Assembly (NCBI GenBank): GCA_043755575.1
Contig: JAYUSR010000232.1
Location: forward strand, 7,787-31,786
Direction of reading: 5' to 3'
Source: Synechococcales cyanobacterium
Lineage (GTDB): Bacteria > Cyanobacteriota > Cyanobacteriia > Cyanobacteriales > Chamaesiphonaceae
DNA length: 24,000 bases
Shown: positions 1 through 11,148 of the stretch, one piece after another
How positions within the stretch are numbered: the first letter of the stretch is position 1
Layout of the letters: each line of letters begins with the position of its first letter
Position numbers and translations under genes: made by a program
The notes under the pieces: generated by a model
The model's input: the letters and a program-made list of their open reading frames with translations, nothing else
The model's database searches: none
What the model was told of the DNA's origin: nothing

Positions 1-129
1 TTTTCTCATGATTCACTGGGAATTTTTGAACAAGTCTTGAAGTTGGAATATTTTATGATTGCGGCGCTAGCACTGGCAGCAATTTTGTCGATTTGTAAAG
101 CCATCACAAACGCTAACGGCAGCGCTTAG
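1..129 (+). CDS. Possible 3' end of an upstream CDS cut by the window edge (hydrophobic tail ...MIAALALAAILSICKAITNANGSA*)
   Basis: Frame 1 is open from base 1 to TAG at 127-129. No family recognised. It could instead be a 24-aa micro-ORF from ATG 55, or non-coding. Confidence 0.2.
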   Translation, partial: FSHDSLGIFEQVLKLEYFMIAALALAAILSICKAITNANGSA

Positions 130-306
130 AGTCAACTTACCCCGATTCTAGTATAGAGTAACAGCCTGTGTAAACTCTATTTGATAGATTGGGTAATTTC
201 CATAAATCATTGATGCTTCAAATGTAGATATGTTCCATTACCCCTTGACAATTGACGAGATTTGCTCGAACTTGACTCATTAGCACTCTGCTAGTTTTTA
301 GCTCCT

Positions 307-2991
307 ATGACTACTCTTGTAATCGTCGAGTCCCCCACCAAAGCGCGGACTATTAGTAAATTTTTGCCAAGCGGCTACGCTGTGAAGGCATCCATGGGGC
401 ACGTTCGGGATTTGCCTTCTTCTTCGGCAGAGATTCCCGCCGAATTTAAAGGGGAGAAATGGTCGAATTTGGGCATTAACGTGGCCGAGAATTTTGAGCC
501 GCTGTACGTAATTCCCAAAGATAAAAAGAAAATTGTGCAGGAGCTAAAAGCGGCACTGAAGAATGCTGATGAATTGATTCTGGCCACGGACGAAGATCGG
601 GAGGGTGAAAGTATTAGTTGGCACCTGCTGCAATTGCTGAAACCGAAGGTGCCAGCCAAGCGGATGGTGTTTCATGAAATCACTAAAGAGGCGATTCAAA
701 AAGCCCTGAAGAACTGTCGGGAGATCGACGAAGATGTGGTTCATGCCCAGGAAACCCGCCGGATTTTAGATCGGTTGGTGGGCTATACCGTATCGCCATT
801 GCTGTGGAAAAAAGTATCCTTTGGGCTGTCAGCTGGTCGGGTGCAGTCCGTAGCTGTGCGCTTAGTGGTCAATAAAGAAAGACAACGACGGGCTTTCAAA
901 ACTGCCGAGTATTGGGATTTAAAAGCTTTGCTTCAGCAGGTCAAAAGTCAGTTTGAGGCCAAGCTGATTACGGTGGATGGCGTGCGGGTGGCGACCGGGG
1001 CTGATTTTGACCCAAATACTGGTCAGTTGTTGGCTAGTAAAAATGTCCGACTTTTGGATGGTGCTGCTGCCGAAGCTTTAAAGACTGCTATTCAAGGCCA
1101 GCCTTGGACTGTCTCAGCGCTGGAAGAAAAACCAGTTACCAGAAAACCGGCTCCGCCGTTTACGACTTCGACTATGCAACAAGAGTCCAACCGGAAGTTG
1201 CGGTTGTCTGCTCGGGATACGATGCGCACTGCTCAAAAACTTTATGAGCAGGGCTATATCACCTATATGCGGACGGATTCGGTACATTTGTCAGCGGAGG
1301 CGATCGCCGCTTCGCGTAGCTGCGTGGAGCAGATGTATGGCTTGGAATATCTCAGCCCTCAACCGCGCCAATACACCACCAAGTCGAAAGGTGCCCAAGA
1401 AGCGCATGAGGCGATTCGGCCAGCGGGGAGTACTTTTGTGACTCCCAAACAAACTGGTTTAAGCGATCGAGAGTTGGCCTTATACGACATGATCTGGAAG
1501 CGGACAGTGGCTTGTCAGATGGCTGATGCCCGTCAAACTCAGGTGATCGTGGATATTCAGGTGGAGAATGCGGGTTTTCGGGCTAGTGGCAAACGGATTG
1601 ATTTTCCGGGCTACTTGCGAGCCTATGTGGAAGGTTCCGATGATCCAGATGCGGCGATTGAAGACCAAGAAATTATCCTGCCTAATTTGAAAAAAGGCGA
1701 TCAGCCTAGTTGCCAGAAGTTAGATGCGATCGATCACCAAACTCAACCCCCCGCTCGTTATACCGAAGCATCTCTGGTGAAAATGTTGGAGAGCGAAGGA
1801 ATTGGCCGTCCTAGTACCTATGCCAGCATCATCGGTACGATTATCGATCGGGGCTATGTGCAGCAGCAAAGTAATGCCTTGGTGCCGACTTTCACTGCTT
1901 TTGCAGTAACAGCGCTGTTAGAAAATCATTTTGAAGATTTGGTGGATGTGGGTTTTACTGCCCGCATGGAGCAAACTCTTGATGATATTTCCACTGGCGG
2001 CACGAAGTGGTTGCCCTATTTGCAGAAATTTTATTTGGGGGAAACTGGTCTGGAAACCCAGGTTAAAGAAAAAGAAGCCCAAATCGATGCCACTACGGCT
2101 CGCACCATCACTCTGGATAATCTGGATGTGAAAATTAAGATTGGTAAGTTTGGGGCTTACATCGAATCGGAGCAGGGTAATGCCTCGATTCCCAATGATT
2201 TGACTCCAGCGGACTTGGCTCCGGAAACCATTGAGCTGCTACTTAAGCAAAAAAGCGGCGACCTGGATGTTTTGGGCTACCACCCGGAAACCGGTGAACC
2301 AATTTATGCCAAACTCGGACCCTACGGGCCTTATGTGCAGCTGGGCGAAAAAACTGAAGACGGTAAAAAGCCCAAGCAAAGCTCCTTGCCGAAGGGCGTG
2401 AAAATGGAAGATGTGACTGTGGAGCTGGCTGTAGGGTTACTCGCCTTGCCGCGCAGCTTGGGTGTTCACCCGGAAACCGGTGGTAAGTTGTCGGCTTCGC
2501 TGGGTCGCTTTGGTCCGTACATTCTGCATGACCAGGGTAAGGATGGTAAGGAGTATCGATCGATCAAGGCTGGCGATGATGTGTTGACCATTACTGTCGA
2601 TCGAGCTTTGGCGATTTTGGCGGAACCGAAGGCGACGCGGGGTGGTAAATCGCGGGAGCCGATTCGGCAGTTGGGTGCGCACCCGGCTGATAGTGAACCG
2701 GTGAATATCTATGCTGGCCCTTATGGTAATTACATTAAACATGGCAAGGTTAATGTGGGGATTCCGGAGGGTGAGACGGTGGAGTCGGTGACGTTGGAGG
2801 CGGCGGTGAAGTTGTTGGCTGATAAGGAGCCAGCGAAGAAGAAACGCGGTAGCTCTAAGGCGGCGGCTAAGACTACGAAGAAGGCTCCGGCGAAGGCTGG
2901 TGCTGCGAAGACGGCGACTAAGACTGCTGCGGCGAAAAAGACTACGAAGAAGGCTTCGACTAAAGCTACTGGGACTAAATCATCTGGTTGA
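307..2991 (+). CDS. topA: DNA topoisomerase I (type IA)
   Basis: TOPRIM N-terminus ([26 protein letters not shown]) and active-site Tyr context [10 protein letters not shown]. Cysteine-free C-terminal repeats ([10 protein letters not shown]; [24 protein letters not shown]; [23 protein letters not shown]; [24 protein letters not shown]), followed by a Lys/Ala/Thr-rich basic tail. Confidence 0.97.
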   Translation: MTTLVIVESPTKARTISKFLPSGYAVKASMGHVRDLPSSSAEIPAEFKGEKWSNLGINVAENFEPLYVIPKDKKKIVQELKAALKNADELILATDEDREGESISWHLLQLLKPKVPAKRMVFHEITKEAIQKALKNCREIDEDVVHAQETRRILDRLVGYTVSPLLWKKVSFGLSAGRVQSVAVRLVVNKERQRRAFKTAEYWDLKALLQQVKSQFEAKLITVDGVRVATGADFDPNTGQLLASKNVRLLDGAAAEALKTAIQGQPWTVSALEEKPVTRKPAPPFTTSTMQQESNRKLRLSARDTMRTAQKLYEQGYITYMRTDSVHLSAEAIAASRSCVEQMYGLEYLSPQPRQYTTKSKGAQEAHEAIRPAGSTFVTPKQTGLSDRELALYDMIWKRTVACQMADARQTQVIVDIQVENAGFRASGKRIDFPGYLRAYVEGSDDPDAAIEDQEIILPNLKKGDQPSCQKLDAIDHQTQPPARYTEASLVKMLESEGIGRPSTYASIIGTIIDRGYVQQQSNALVPTFTAFAVTALLENHFEDLVDVGFTARMEQTLDDISTGGTKWLPYLQKFYLGETGLETQVKEKEAQIDATTARTITLDNLDVKIKIGKFGAYIESEQGNASIPNDLTPADLAPETIELLLKQKSGDLDVLGYHPETGEPIYAKLGPYGPYVQLGEKTEDGKKPKQSSLPKGVKMEDVTVELAVGLLALPRSLGVHPETGGKLSASLGRFGPYILHDQGKDGKEYRSIKAGDDVLTITVDRALAILAEPKATRGGKSREPIRQLGAHPADSEPVNIYAGPYGNYIKHGKVNVGIPEGETVESVTLEAAVKLLADKEPAKKKRGSSKAAAKTTKKAPAKAGAAKTATKTAAAKKTTKKASTKATGTKSSG

Positions 2992-3274
2992 ATTTAGTTT
3001 GGGTCGAAGGAACCAGAATCTGGGGGGCAAAAACCACAGACCCCCCACTCTTAAAAGGAGACGCTCCGCGAACAAACTCCCCCGCGCAAGGGTCGATTTT
3101 GCTAGCTGAATTCTATTTAGTTATTTCTGGACTATTGAATCTCAAATTTCGGTTTATGAAAACCCGTTTACCAGACTTAAATTTACCAAGAAATTATTTG
3201 GGTGTAGTTTTGGTTGGGATCGATCGAGATTTCTTGAGCTATGCTGGTGGATATATTCACTGTAACTAGCGATC

Positions 3275-5050
3275 ATGCGTAAATTCTTGTTCTGGTGCGG
3301 CTTGTTTATTGTCGGCATTGGAGTGGCTTTGGCTAATTTCCAAGGTCTAGCCACCAAGGGGGAGTTTGATTCCCTGGCGATCGATTTCCGCGAAGATATT
3401 CCGGCGGTGGAAATTGACGCGCAGGTGCGACAGCTCCGGGACAAGTTTGGCCTTCAGCCCCAGCTCAATAGTGAATTTTCGGCCACAGATCATTTATTTA
3501 CGGTCAAAGGCAACAGATCCACCTTGGATTTGTTGAAGCGTCAAGATCCAGATTTGTTCAAAGACGTGGAATCGATCGAACCTAATTTTATTTACCGCAG
3601 CTCCGTTGCCCCCAACGACCCGGAATACAGTAAGCAATGGCATTTGCACAACATTAATGCCGAACAAGCTTGGGAAAATAATCGGGGCGCTGGTGCCACT
3701 GTGGCAATTATTGATACTGGCGTAAGTCGGGTAGCCGATTTAGAAAAAACTGAATTTGTGGCTGGCTACGATTTTGTGAATAATCGTGCTGATGCCGATG
3801 ATGACAATGGTCATGGCACTCATGTTGCCGGGACAGTTGCTCAGTCTACTAACAATGGTTATGGGGTAGCTGGGGTAGCCTACGAATCCAAGATTATGCC
3901 CCTTAAGGTGCTCTCGGCCAGTGGTGGTGGCACTATTTCAGATATTGCCGAGGCGATTAAATTTGCAGCGGATAACGGCGCGGATGTCATCAATATGAGT
4001 CTGGGTGGTGGTGGCGAAAGCTCCTTGATGAAAGAAGCGATTGACTACGCTTACAGCAAAGGAGTGGTGGTAATTGCGGCGGCTGGTAACGAAAATCAAA
4101 ACTCCGCTTCTTACCCAGCTCGTTACAATCATGTCCTTGGGGTAGCGGCCTTTGATGCTAAAGGCGAGAAAGCGGAATTTTCTAACTTTGGAGCTGGTGT
4201 CGATATTGCGGCTCCCGGTGGTGGTCATGGCAGTAAGATCTGGCAAGAGACGATCGATCCCGATGGTGGACCGGCTCAAATCTTGGGTCTGCAAGGTACC
4301 AGTATGGCCGCACCGCATGTGGCCGGGGTGGCGGCTTTAATTAAATCGGTGGGCATCAAAGAGCCGGAAGCAGTTTTCCAAGTGTTGCAAGACTCAGTTC
4401 GATCGATCGCCAATGACCCCCTCAATCATTATGGATCCGGTCAGTTAGATGCCGCTGCTGCGGTGCAGATGGCAGGCAAAGGCCAGATTACCTTTAATGA
4501 TTTCTTCAAGTGGCTGAACCAAAATGGCTACCTCAACCTCCGTTTCTGGTTTGATGGTGGGGCGGTGGCGCTGTTGCCCAAGATCCTGATGGTCGTAGGC
4601 TCTTACCTGTTTGCGTTCTTAGTTCGCAACCTCTTTCCTTTCTCTTGGACAATGGCTTTGTCGAGTGGTCTGGTGGCCGGAAGCAGTGGTCTGTTCTTTC
4701 TGCGTGGTTTATATATTTTCGACTTGCCCCAGGCTCCTTTTCGGATTTTGGGTAGCTCCTTACCAGAATTAGGTAATGCGATCGCCGGTAATGGTATTTT
4801 AAATCCACTGTTTGCCAGTGTGGTGCTGCCTGCGCTTGTGTTGGTGGTGCTCTGGTCTAACAAGGTTGGTAAACAGTTTGCGATCGGACTCAGTTTGGGA
4901 GCGGCGGCCTGTTTAGCTGTGAATGCTATCTATTCTCCGCAAGTGTGGATGATGGGTGATAGCATATTTGCTAGAGCATTTCTGGCTGTCAACGCCTTGC
5001 TCTGTTTTTGGATCGCCCGGTTTGCAGTGAAATCTGAGGTAGAAGCTTAA
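3275..5050 (+). CDS. Subtilisin-like (S8) serine protease with N-terminal signal/anchor and a polytopic hydrophobic C-terminal domain
   Basis: Catalytic triad motifs are present: IIDTGV (Asp), HGTHVAGT (His), GTSMAAPHVAG (Ser). N-terminal hydrophobic segment FLFWCGLFIVGIGVALA. The last ~170 aa are several hydrophobic helices (VALLPKILMVVGSYLFAFLV..., LFASVVLPALVLVVLW..., AFLAVNALLCFWIA). Confidence 0.9.
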   Translation: MRKFLFWCGLFIVGIGVALANFQGLATKGEFDSLAIDFREDIPAVEIDAQVRQLRDKFGLQPQLNSEFSATDHLFTVKGNRSTLDLLKRQDPDLFKDVESIEPNFIYRSSVAPNDPEYSKQWHLHNINAEQAWENNRGAGATVAIIDTGVSRVADLEKTEFVAGYDFVNNRADADDDNGHGTHVAGTVAQSTNNGYGVAGVAYESKIMPLKVLSASGGGTISDIAEAIKFAADNGADVINMSLGGGGESSLMKEAIDYAYSKGVVVIAAAGNENQNSASYPARYNHVLGVAAFDAKGEKAEFSNFGAGVDIAAPGGGHGSKIWQETIDPDGGPAQILGLQGTSMAAPHVAGVAALIKSVGIKEPEAVFQVLQDSVRSIANDPLNHYGSGQLDAAAAVQMAGKGQITFNDFFKWLNQNGYLNLRFWFDGGAVALLPKILMVVGSYLFAFLVRNLFPFSWTMALSSGLVAGSSGLFFLRGLYIFDLPQAPFRILGSSLPELGNAIAGNGILNPLFASVVLPALVLVVLWSNKVGKQFAIGLSLGAAACLAVNAIYSPQVWMMGDSIFARAFLAVNALLCFWIARFAVKSEVEA

Positions 5051-5271
5051 TGGTAACGGTGACTGGCACAATCGAAAAGAAAGATATTGGGATGGGAGCC
5101 TGGGCATTAATAGCTACCGACGGTACTACCTATGAGTTGCTCGACTGTCCGCGTGATTTGCGCCACATTGGCCTCAAGGTGAAAGTTTCCGGGGTGATCG
5201 ATGATGACGCGATGACGGCGGCCATGATTGGTAAAGTCTTCAATGTTTCATCGTTCGAGAAGCTGGATTAA
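5050..5271 (+). CDS. Small (73 aa) conserved-looking hypothetical protein, translationally coupled to the protease
   Basis: Its ATG overlaps the protease stop (TAATG at 5048-5052), and the next gene starts 4 nt after its own stop. The beta-rich pattern VTVTGTIEKK..GAWALIATDGTTYELL...GLKVKVSGVI...MTAAMIGKVFNVSSFE recalls small uncharacterised domains I cannot name with certainty. Confidence 0.55.
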   Translation: MVTVTGTIEKKDIGMGAWALIATDGTTYELLDCPRDLRHIGLKVKVSGVIDDDAMTAAMIGKVFNVSSFEKLD

Positions 5272-5274
5272 GCT

Positions 5275-5757
5275 ATGATTCCCTGGTCAAAAATCGGAAA
5301 AGTTTTAGCTGGATTGTTGGTGTTGTTGTTAATGATGGAGCCAGCTGCTGCCGCCCTCCAAAATTATAGCCACATTGATTTGAAGGGACGAGATTTTGCC
5401 GGGAATAAATTGGTGGGCGGTGTGTTTTTAGCTGCTGAAATGCGTGGAGTTGATTTTAGCAAAGCGGACTTGACTAATGCTATTTTCACCAAGGGTGTGC
5501 TGTTGGAAGCCAATTTGCATGGTGCCAACCTCACGGGCGCTTTACTAGATCAAGTAACTCTAGATAATGCTGATTTGACAGATGCTGTGTTGGCGGAAGC
5601 GATTATGACTAGATCGCGCTTTTATGGCACCAAAATTACCGGTGCCGATTTTACCAATGCGATTATCGACAAGTCCCAAGTCAAGTTGCTATGTGAGAAT
5701 GCTGCCGGTACAAATTCTCAGACTGGGGTTGAAACTAGAGAGAGTTTGGGCTGTTGA
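5275..5757 (+). CDS. Pentapeptide-repeat protein with signal peptide (thylakoid-lumen TL15-like)
   Basis: N-terminal signal-like segment LAGLLVLLLMMEPAAAA. Tandem A(D/N)LxX pentapeptide repeats (ADLTNAIFTKGVLLEANLHGANLTGALLDQVTLDNADLTDAVLAEA). The C-terminal Cys pair (LLCENAAG...ESLGC) is typical of lumenal pentapeptide proteins. Confidence 0.85.
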   Translation: MIPWSKIGKVLAGLLVLLLMMEPAAAALQNYSHIDLKGRDFAGNKLVGGVFLAAEMRGVDFSKADLTNAIFTKGVLLEANLHGANLTGALLDQVTLDNADLTDAVLAEAIMTRSRFYGTKITGADFTNAIIDKSQVKLLCENAAGTNSQTGVETRESLGC

Positions 5758-5787
5758 TTTGATGATTCTCGACCCCAGTCAAGCTAG

Positions 5788-7107
<1,320 letters not shown>

Positions 7108-7383
7108 TCTTTTAGCCGTTAATGCTGTACACTACGTGATTTTACTGAGGATTGATGAAATAAAAATATTTTCTTTTTAACATCTAGGTATACTAGTTAT
7201 CAACAAAAAGTATTACAGTTAACAGCTTGTCCGGCGGCAAAGCGATTGTAATAGAACATGACATATGAAAAACCAATACTGCAAATCAATTTTCTTGTAG
7301 AATCTAGTTCGGATTATTAAAATTCAGCCGCTGTTACATTCTGAATGAAAGACAAACCCATTAATAGCCTAACTTATAAATCT

Positions 7384-8715
7384 ATGGCCTCACCTACCGA
7401 AAAGTCTGTTTTACATATTTGGGGCCAGCATCCTCTAGCAGGAGAAGTACAAATCAGTGGTGCGAAGAATTCGGCTTTAGTATTAATGGCTGGGGCAGTA
7501 CTGTGTACTGGTGATTGTCGTATTAACAATATCCCCGCTCTCGCTGACGTTGGCAAGATGTGTCAAATCATTGAATCATTGGGGATTAAAGTTAAGCGCC
7601 ATGGTAATACGATCGACTTTGATGCAAGTGTGGTAACTGGTTTTAGTGCTCCCTATGAGCTAGTTTCTAAACTGCGAGCAGCTTTTTTTGCGGTGGGTCC
7701 AATTTTAGCGCGTCAAGGAGAAGCACAAGTTCCTTTGCCGGGGGGCTGTTCGATCGGTGATCGACCAGTAAAAATACATATCAAAGGTTTGCAGGCTCTA
7801 GGTGCCACCGTGGAAATTAAGCATGGCGAAGTTCATGCTAAAGCTATTAGCCCCAGTGGGCGGCTCCAAGGTGCCAAAATTCATTTGGATTACCCGAGTG
7901 TAGGTGCCACCGAGACCTTGATGATGGCGGCTACTCTTGCTGATGGTGAAACCGTTATTGATAACGCTGCTAAGGAACCAGAAGTGGTAGATTTAGCTAA
8001 TTTCTGTATTTCGATGGGCGCTAAGATTGCTGGTGCTGGCACTGAGCGCATTGTAATTCAGGGTGTGGAAAAACTTCACAGTACTGAATATGATGTGATT
8101 CCCGATCGGGTAGAAGCGGCTACTTTTTTAGTAGCTGGAGCCATGATTCGTTCTGAAATCAGTCTTTTCCCTGTAGTGCCCCTGCACCTGTCGGCGGCAA
8201 TTGCTAAGTTGGCTGAAATTGGGGTGGAAGTGGTCACGGAGGGTTCTCGGATGCGGGTGCTGCCTCCTAAGAGCTTGACTGGGGTGAATATCGAAACCTT
8301 GCCTTACCCAGACTTTCCTACTGATATGCAAGCCCAATTTATGGCCCTGCTGGCTATTTCGGCTGGAAATAGTGTGATTACTGAGACGGTCTTTGAAAAT
8401 CGTCTGCAACATGTGGCGGAACTCCAGCGGATGGGTGCCAATATTCAGGTGCAAGGAAACAAGGCGATTATTCAGGGTGTGGCAAAACTTACTGGGGCGA
8501 CGGTGATGGCCACGGACTTAAGAGCTTCAGCGGCTTTGGTGATTGCTGGTCTGTTCGCAGAAGGAATGACTACGGTGGAAGGTTTGCACCATCTCGATCG
8601 CGGTTACGAGAATATTGAACAAAAATTACGAAACTTGGGAGCTAAGATCGATCGAGTGATTGTCGATGATAGCGGTAAAGTTTTACGGTCAGCGGTTCCC
8701 GCCGTAGCAGTCTAG
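7384..8715 (+). CDS. murA: UDP-N-acetylglucosamine 1-carboxyvinyltransferase
   Basis: [21 protein letters not shown]; the active-site loop [19 protein letters not shown] retains the Cys; C-terminal [21 protein letters not shown]. The start is probably ATG 7384 (MASPTEK...), but ATG 7345 is possible. Confidence 0.95.
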   Translation: MASPTEKSVLHIWGQHPLAGEVQISGAKNSALVLMAGAVLCTGDCRINNIPALADVGKMCQIIESLGIKVKRHGNTIDFDASVVTGFSAPYELVSKLRAAFFAVGPILARQGEAQVPLPGGCSIGDRPVKIHIKGLQALGATVEIKHGEVHAKAISPSGRLQGAKIHLDYPSVGATETLMMAATLADGETVIDNAAKEPEVVDLANFCISMGAKIAGAGTERIVIQGVEKLHSTEYDVIPDRVEAATFLVAGAMIRSEISLFPVVPLHLSAAIAKLAEIGVEVVTEGSRMRVLPPKSLTGVNIETLPYPDFPTDMQAQFMALLAISAGNSVITETVFENRLQHVAELQRMGANIQVQGNKAIIQGVAKLTGATVMATDLRASAALVIAGLFAEGMTTVEGLHHLDRGYENIEQKLRNLGAKIDRVIVDDSGKVLRSAVPAVAV

Positions 8716-8733
8716 ATTTGATTAATTAAAGCT

Positions 8734-8768
8734 AAAGGATAAGTGATTAATATCACTTATCCTTTTTT
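8734..8768. terminator. Bidirectional rho-independent terminator between convergent murA and the YbjN-like gene
   Basis: Perfect hairpin AAAGGATAAGTGAT-taat-ATCACTTATCCTTT (14-bp stem, 4-nt loop). A T6 run follows on the + strand and an A-run precedes it, giving a U-run for the - strand transcript. Confidence 0.7.
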
Positions 8769-8786
8769 GATATTGCCCAGATATTG

Positions 8787-9263
8787 CTAAATTGCTGGAA
8801 AGGCGGCTTTGAGGTCGTCGTCATTGTCATCAGCTACATTCGCCACCAGAGTGATAGCCCGAGAAATTTCCCCTGGTGATAATTCTGCTACTGTGCGGGT
8901 AGACATTACAACGACCTGAGTATCGACGATCGCAAACCTTGCTTCTAAAGTGCTATCCCAGTTCATTTGCAGCAGTTTCTGCATTAGCTCTGGCTGATGC
9001 TGCGTTGGTAAATTTAAGATATATGACCAAATGGTCAGCACATCATCATCAGTTTTACCGGTGAGCTGAACAAAAATCTCGACGCTACCGTAGGTGAATT
9101 TCCAGACGTAGCCGTTTTTGTCATGGCTGACCATTGCTGTTTTGGTGGGATCGAGGCTGCCAATCACAGTTTCGATTACATCGATATACTGGACATCTAG
9201 CAATTCTGTGGTGAATTCACTATCTGTTGGTTGAGGAAGGGGGTTAGTAATATTTGGGTTCAT
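8787..9263 (-). CDS. YbjN-like / type III secretion chaperone-like family hypothetical protein
   Basis: 158-aa acidic protein. The pattern (GYVWKFTYGSVEIFVQLTG...LTIWSYILNLP...LLQMNWDSTLEARFAIVD...VVVMSTRTVAELSPGEI) resembles the YbjN 'putative sensory transduction regulator' fold. Assigned from memory only. Confidence 0.55.
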   Translation of the reverse strand: MNPNITNPLPQPTDSEFTTELLDVQYIDVIETVIGSLDPTKTAMVSHDKNGYVWKFTYGSVEIFVQLTGKTDDDVLTIWSYILNLPTQHQPELMQKLLQMNWDSTLEARFAIVDTQVVVMSTRTVAELSPGEISRAITLVANVADDNDDDLKAAFPAI

Positions 9264-9360
9264 GAATTTGAAAACTTGTGCTACTCCATTAATCTAAATC
9301 TTTTTCTACGGCTTTATTGATGAGTTGTAACGAAAATTTTTAGCCACTGATGTTTAACTG

Positions 9361-10419
9361 CTATGCTGCTTTAGTAGCAATTAAATATTTACTCATGAAG
9401 TGAACTTGGCTTGGTTGTACAGAGTCAAATCCGGCGTTGGTTAGTCGATCAATCAAATTATCTTGCATGTAGCTTTGGTAGTAAGGCTCATGGAAGGTGT
9501 TCTGGAAAGCGGTCATAATTGCTTGGAATTCTGGAGAATCATTCACTTGAATGGAGTCACAGATAATGAAAGTGCCACCAGGTTTTAAAACTCGGAAACA
9601 CTCTTCGATCGCTTTCTGTCTTACTTCTGGCGGTAATTCGTGAAACGAAAAAACGCAGGTAATGGCATGGAAATAATTATCGATGTAGGGCAATTCTTCG
9701 ATGTTGCCTTGCATCAGCTGTGGTAATTCGCCGGGTATTTGGGAGAGTGATTGGCTAGCTTTCCGCAGATAAGCCGGAGACAGATCGACCCCAAATAATG
9801 AGGCTTGGGGGAGCATCGTGCGAATAGCTTTTAGGGTGCGTGCGGTGCCACAGGCTGCATCTAAAATGCGTATTTGCTTAGCTGGCACCGTTGGGAAATT
9901 GTTTAAACTGGCTTTGAGCGGTGCTAATACTCGGCGGCGCATGGCATCGGCTGCCCCACCAAACAAAATTCCAACTTGCAAGTCGTATAGATTAGCTGAA
10001 GCATCGCTAAGATAGCCGTTGGTTTGGTGATGAAAATTCTGAACGTAGTAACTGGGATAGTCAGTGGTATCGATCGAGCTATCAAAATCCTGATATTTCT
10101 TTTGATCGACTCTTTTCCAAATGCTGGGGGTATCTAGCCATAACAAGGGGTATTGCAGCAAGTAATCCAGCCATGGTTCATCAAACAGCAAGCTCTTGGG
10201 GTATACTCCCTCTTCGGCATCTTGCCAATCGATCGCTAACATGTCGTTAACGCGCTGCTGCAATAGAGGGATCAGGCCAGGAGGCACCGGCACCACCGGT
10301 CGATCGTTGGGTACCGCTATCTTCCACAGCTGGTTGGCTAGGGTTTTATGCGCAAAACTGAGGTAGTTTTTGCCTTGCTGAAGATTTTGGTAGGCGAGCT
10401 TGGTGAGAGTATCAGGCAT
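9361..10419 (-). CDS. Class I SAM-dependent methyltransferase
   Basis: SAM-binding motif I ILDAACGTARTL, post-I FGVDLSP, and VLKPGGTFIICD. Long N-terminal extension of unknown function. Confidence 0.85.
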   Translation of the reverse strand: MPDTLTKLAYQNLQQGKNYLSFAHKTLANQLWKIAVPNDRPVVPVPPGLIPLLQQRVNDMLAIDWQDAEEGVYPKSLLFDEPWLDYLLQYPLLWLDTPSIWKRVDQKKYQDFDSSIDTTDYPSYYVQNFHHQTNGYLSDASANLYDLQVGILFGGAADAMRRRVLAPLKASLNNFPTVPAKQIRILDAACGTARTLKAIRTMLPQASLFGVDLSPAYLRKASQSLSQIPGELPQLMQGNIEELPYIDNYFHAITCVFSFHELPPEVRQKAIEECFRVLKPGGTFIICDSIQVNDSPEFQAIMTAFQNTFHEPYYQSYMQDNLIDRLTNAGFDSVQPSQVHFMSKYLIATKAA

Positions 10420-10496
10420 AGCAGCAGCAGATTTTACATTTATCAGAGAATTACTGTTAATAAATGTAACTAATAAATCACAATGATCGCAATCTC

Positions 10497-11147
10497 TCAG
10501 GAATTAACTTGTTCTGATGACTCTACTTGGGGCTGGCCGATCTGTGGTTCGGTGCCCGCTAGCAGTCTTTCGACATTAGCTCGGTGCAGCCAAATTACGT
10601 AAGCGCCGCCGATGAAAGTGAAGATGCCATAGGCCAGTGGCTGCTGATAGGCAAACATAAACAGCGTGACCGCCATGGCTCCCAAAATAGAACTGATCGA
10701 GACAATGCGGGTAATGGCGATCGATATCCCAAAAGTACCTAGCGTCAGTAAAGCTACTGGCCAATGCATTGCCAGCAATACGCCCAAGCTGGCGGCTACC
10801 GACTTACCACCTTGAAAACCGAGCCACACCGATTTACTGTGACCCAAAATCGCCATCGTCGCTGTCCCAATCACTAGCAGTGGTTGCCAATTAGCTGGTA
10901 ACAAAAAAAAGTGATTGGCGACGGCCACCAAGTTGACGGCGGCCCAGCCTTTACCAACATCGGCTAACAAGACCAGCGAACCTGGGACTTTTCCCAGGGT
11001 GCGCAATACATTGGTCGCTCCAGTGGAGCCAGAACCATGCTCGCGAATATCGATGCCTTTGAGAATTTTGCCAGTGAGGTAGCCGGTGGGAAAAGAGCCT
11101 AGTAAATAAGCAGTACCGAGCAGGATTGCGACGACAGCATACAGCAT
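10497..11147 (-). CDS. plsY: Glycerol-3-phosphate acyltransferase PlsY
   Basis: Polytopic membrane protein with the PlsY signature HGSGSTGATNVLRTLG and GGKSVAASLG. I prefer ATG at 11147 (MLYAVVAILLG), which removes the overlap with the upstream gene and leaves a 1-nt gap. Confidence 0.92.
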   Translation of the reverse strand: MLYAVVAILLGTAYLLGSFPTGYLTGKILKGIDIREHGSGSTGATNVLRTLGKVPGSLVLLADVGKGWAAVNLVAVANHFFLLPANWQPLLVIGTATMAILGHSKSVWLGFQGGKSVAASLGVLLAMHWPVALLTLGTFGISIAITRIVSISSILGAMAVTLFMFAYQQPLAYGIFTFIGGAYVIWLHRANVERLLAGTEPQIGQPQVESSEQVNS

Positions 11148-11148
11148 T

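Noticed and set aside
153-180. Hairpin ATAGAGT-(14 nt)-ACTCTAT downstream of the possible upstream CDS end, plus TTGACA/TTGACT hexamers (245-250, 272-277) upstream of topA.
   Set aside because: The stem is only 7 bp and AT-rich, with a weak T-run. The -35-like hexamers lack a convincing -10 at proper spacing. The evidence is too weak to call a terminator or promoter.
2900-3444. ORFs 2900-3109, 2988-3269 (+) and 3154-3444 (-) in and around the topA-protease intergenic region.
   Set aside because: 2900-3109 is the Arg-rich alternate frame of the TopA basic tail. 2988-3269 starts at a TTG inside the topA stop region. 3154-3444 overlaps the protease start on the opposite strand. None shows recognisable motifs or a ribosome-binding context.
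7258-7320. 20-codon micro-ORF (MTYEKPILQINFLVESSSDY*) in the AT-rich serS-murA spacer.
   Set aside because: No Shine-Dalgarno and no recognisable small photosystem or leader peptide. Short ORFs of this kind are expected by chance in AT-rich DNA.
10434-10469. AT-rich inverted repeat TTACATTTAT-(16 nt)-ATAAATGTAA between plsY and the methyltransferase gene.
   Set aside because: A 10-bp all-weak stem with a large loop and no flanking U-run on the transcribed strand. It could be a protein-binding palindrome, but there is no way to support that from sequence alone.
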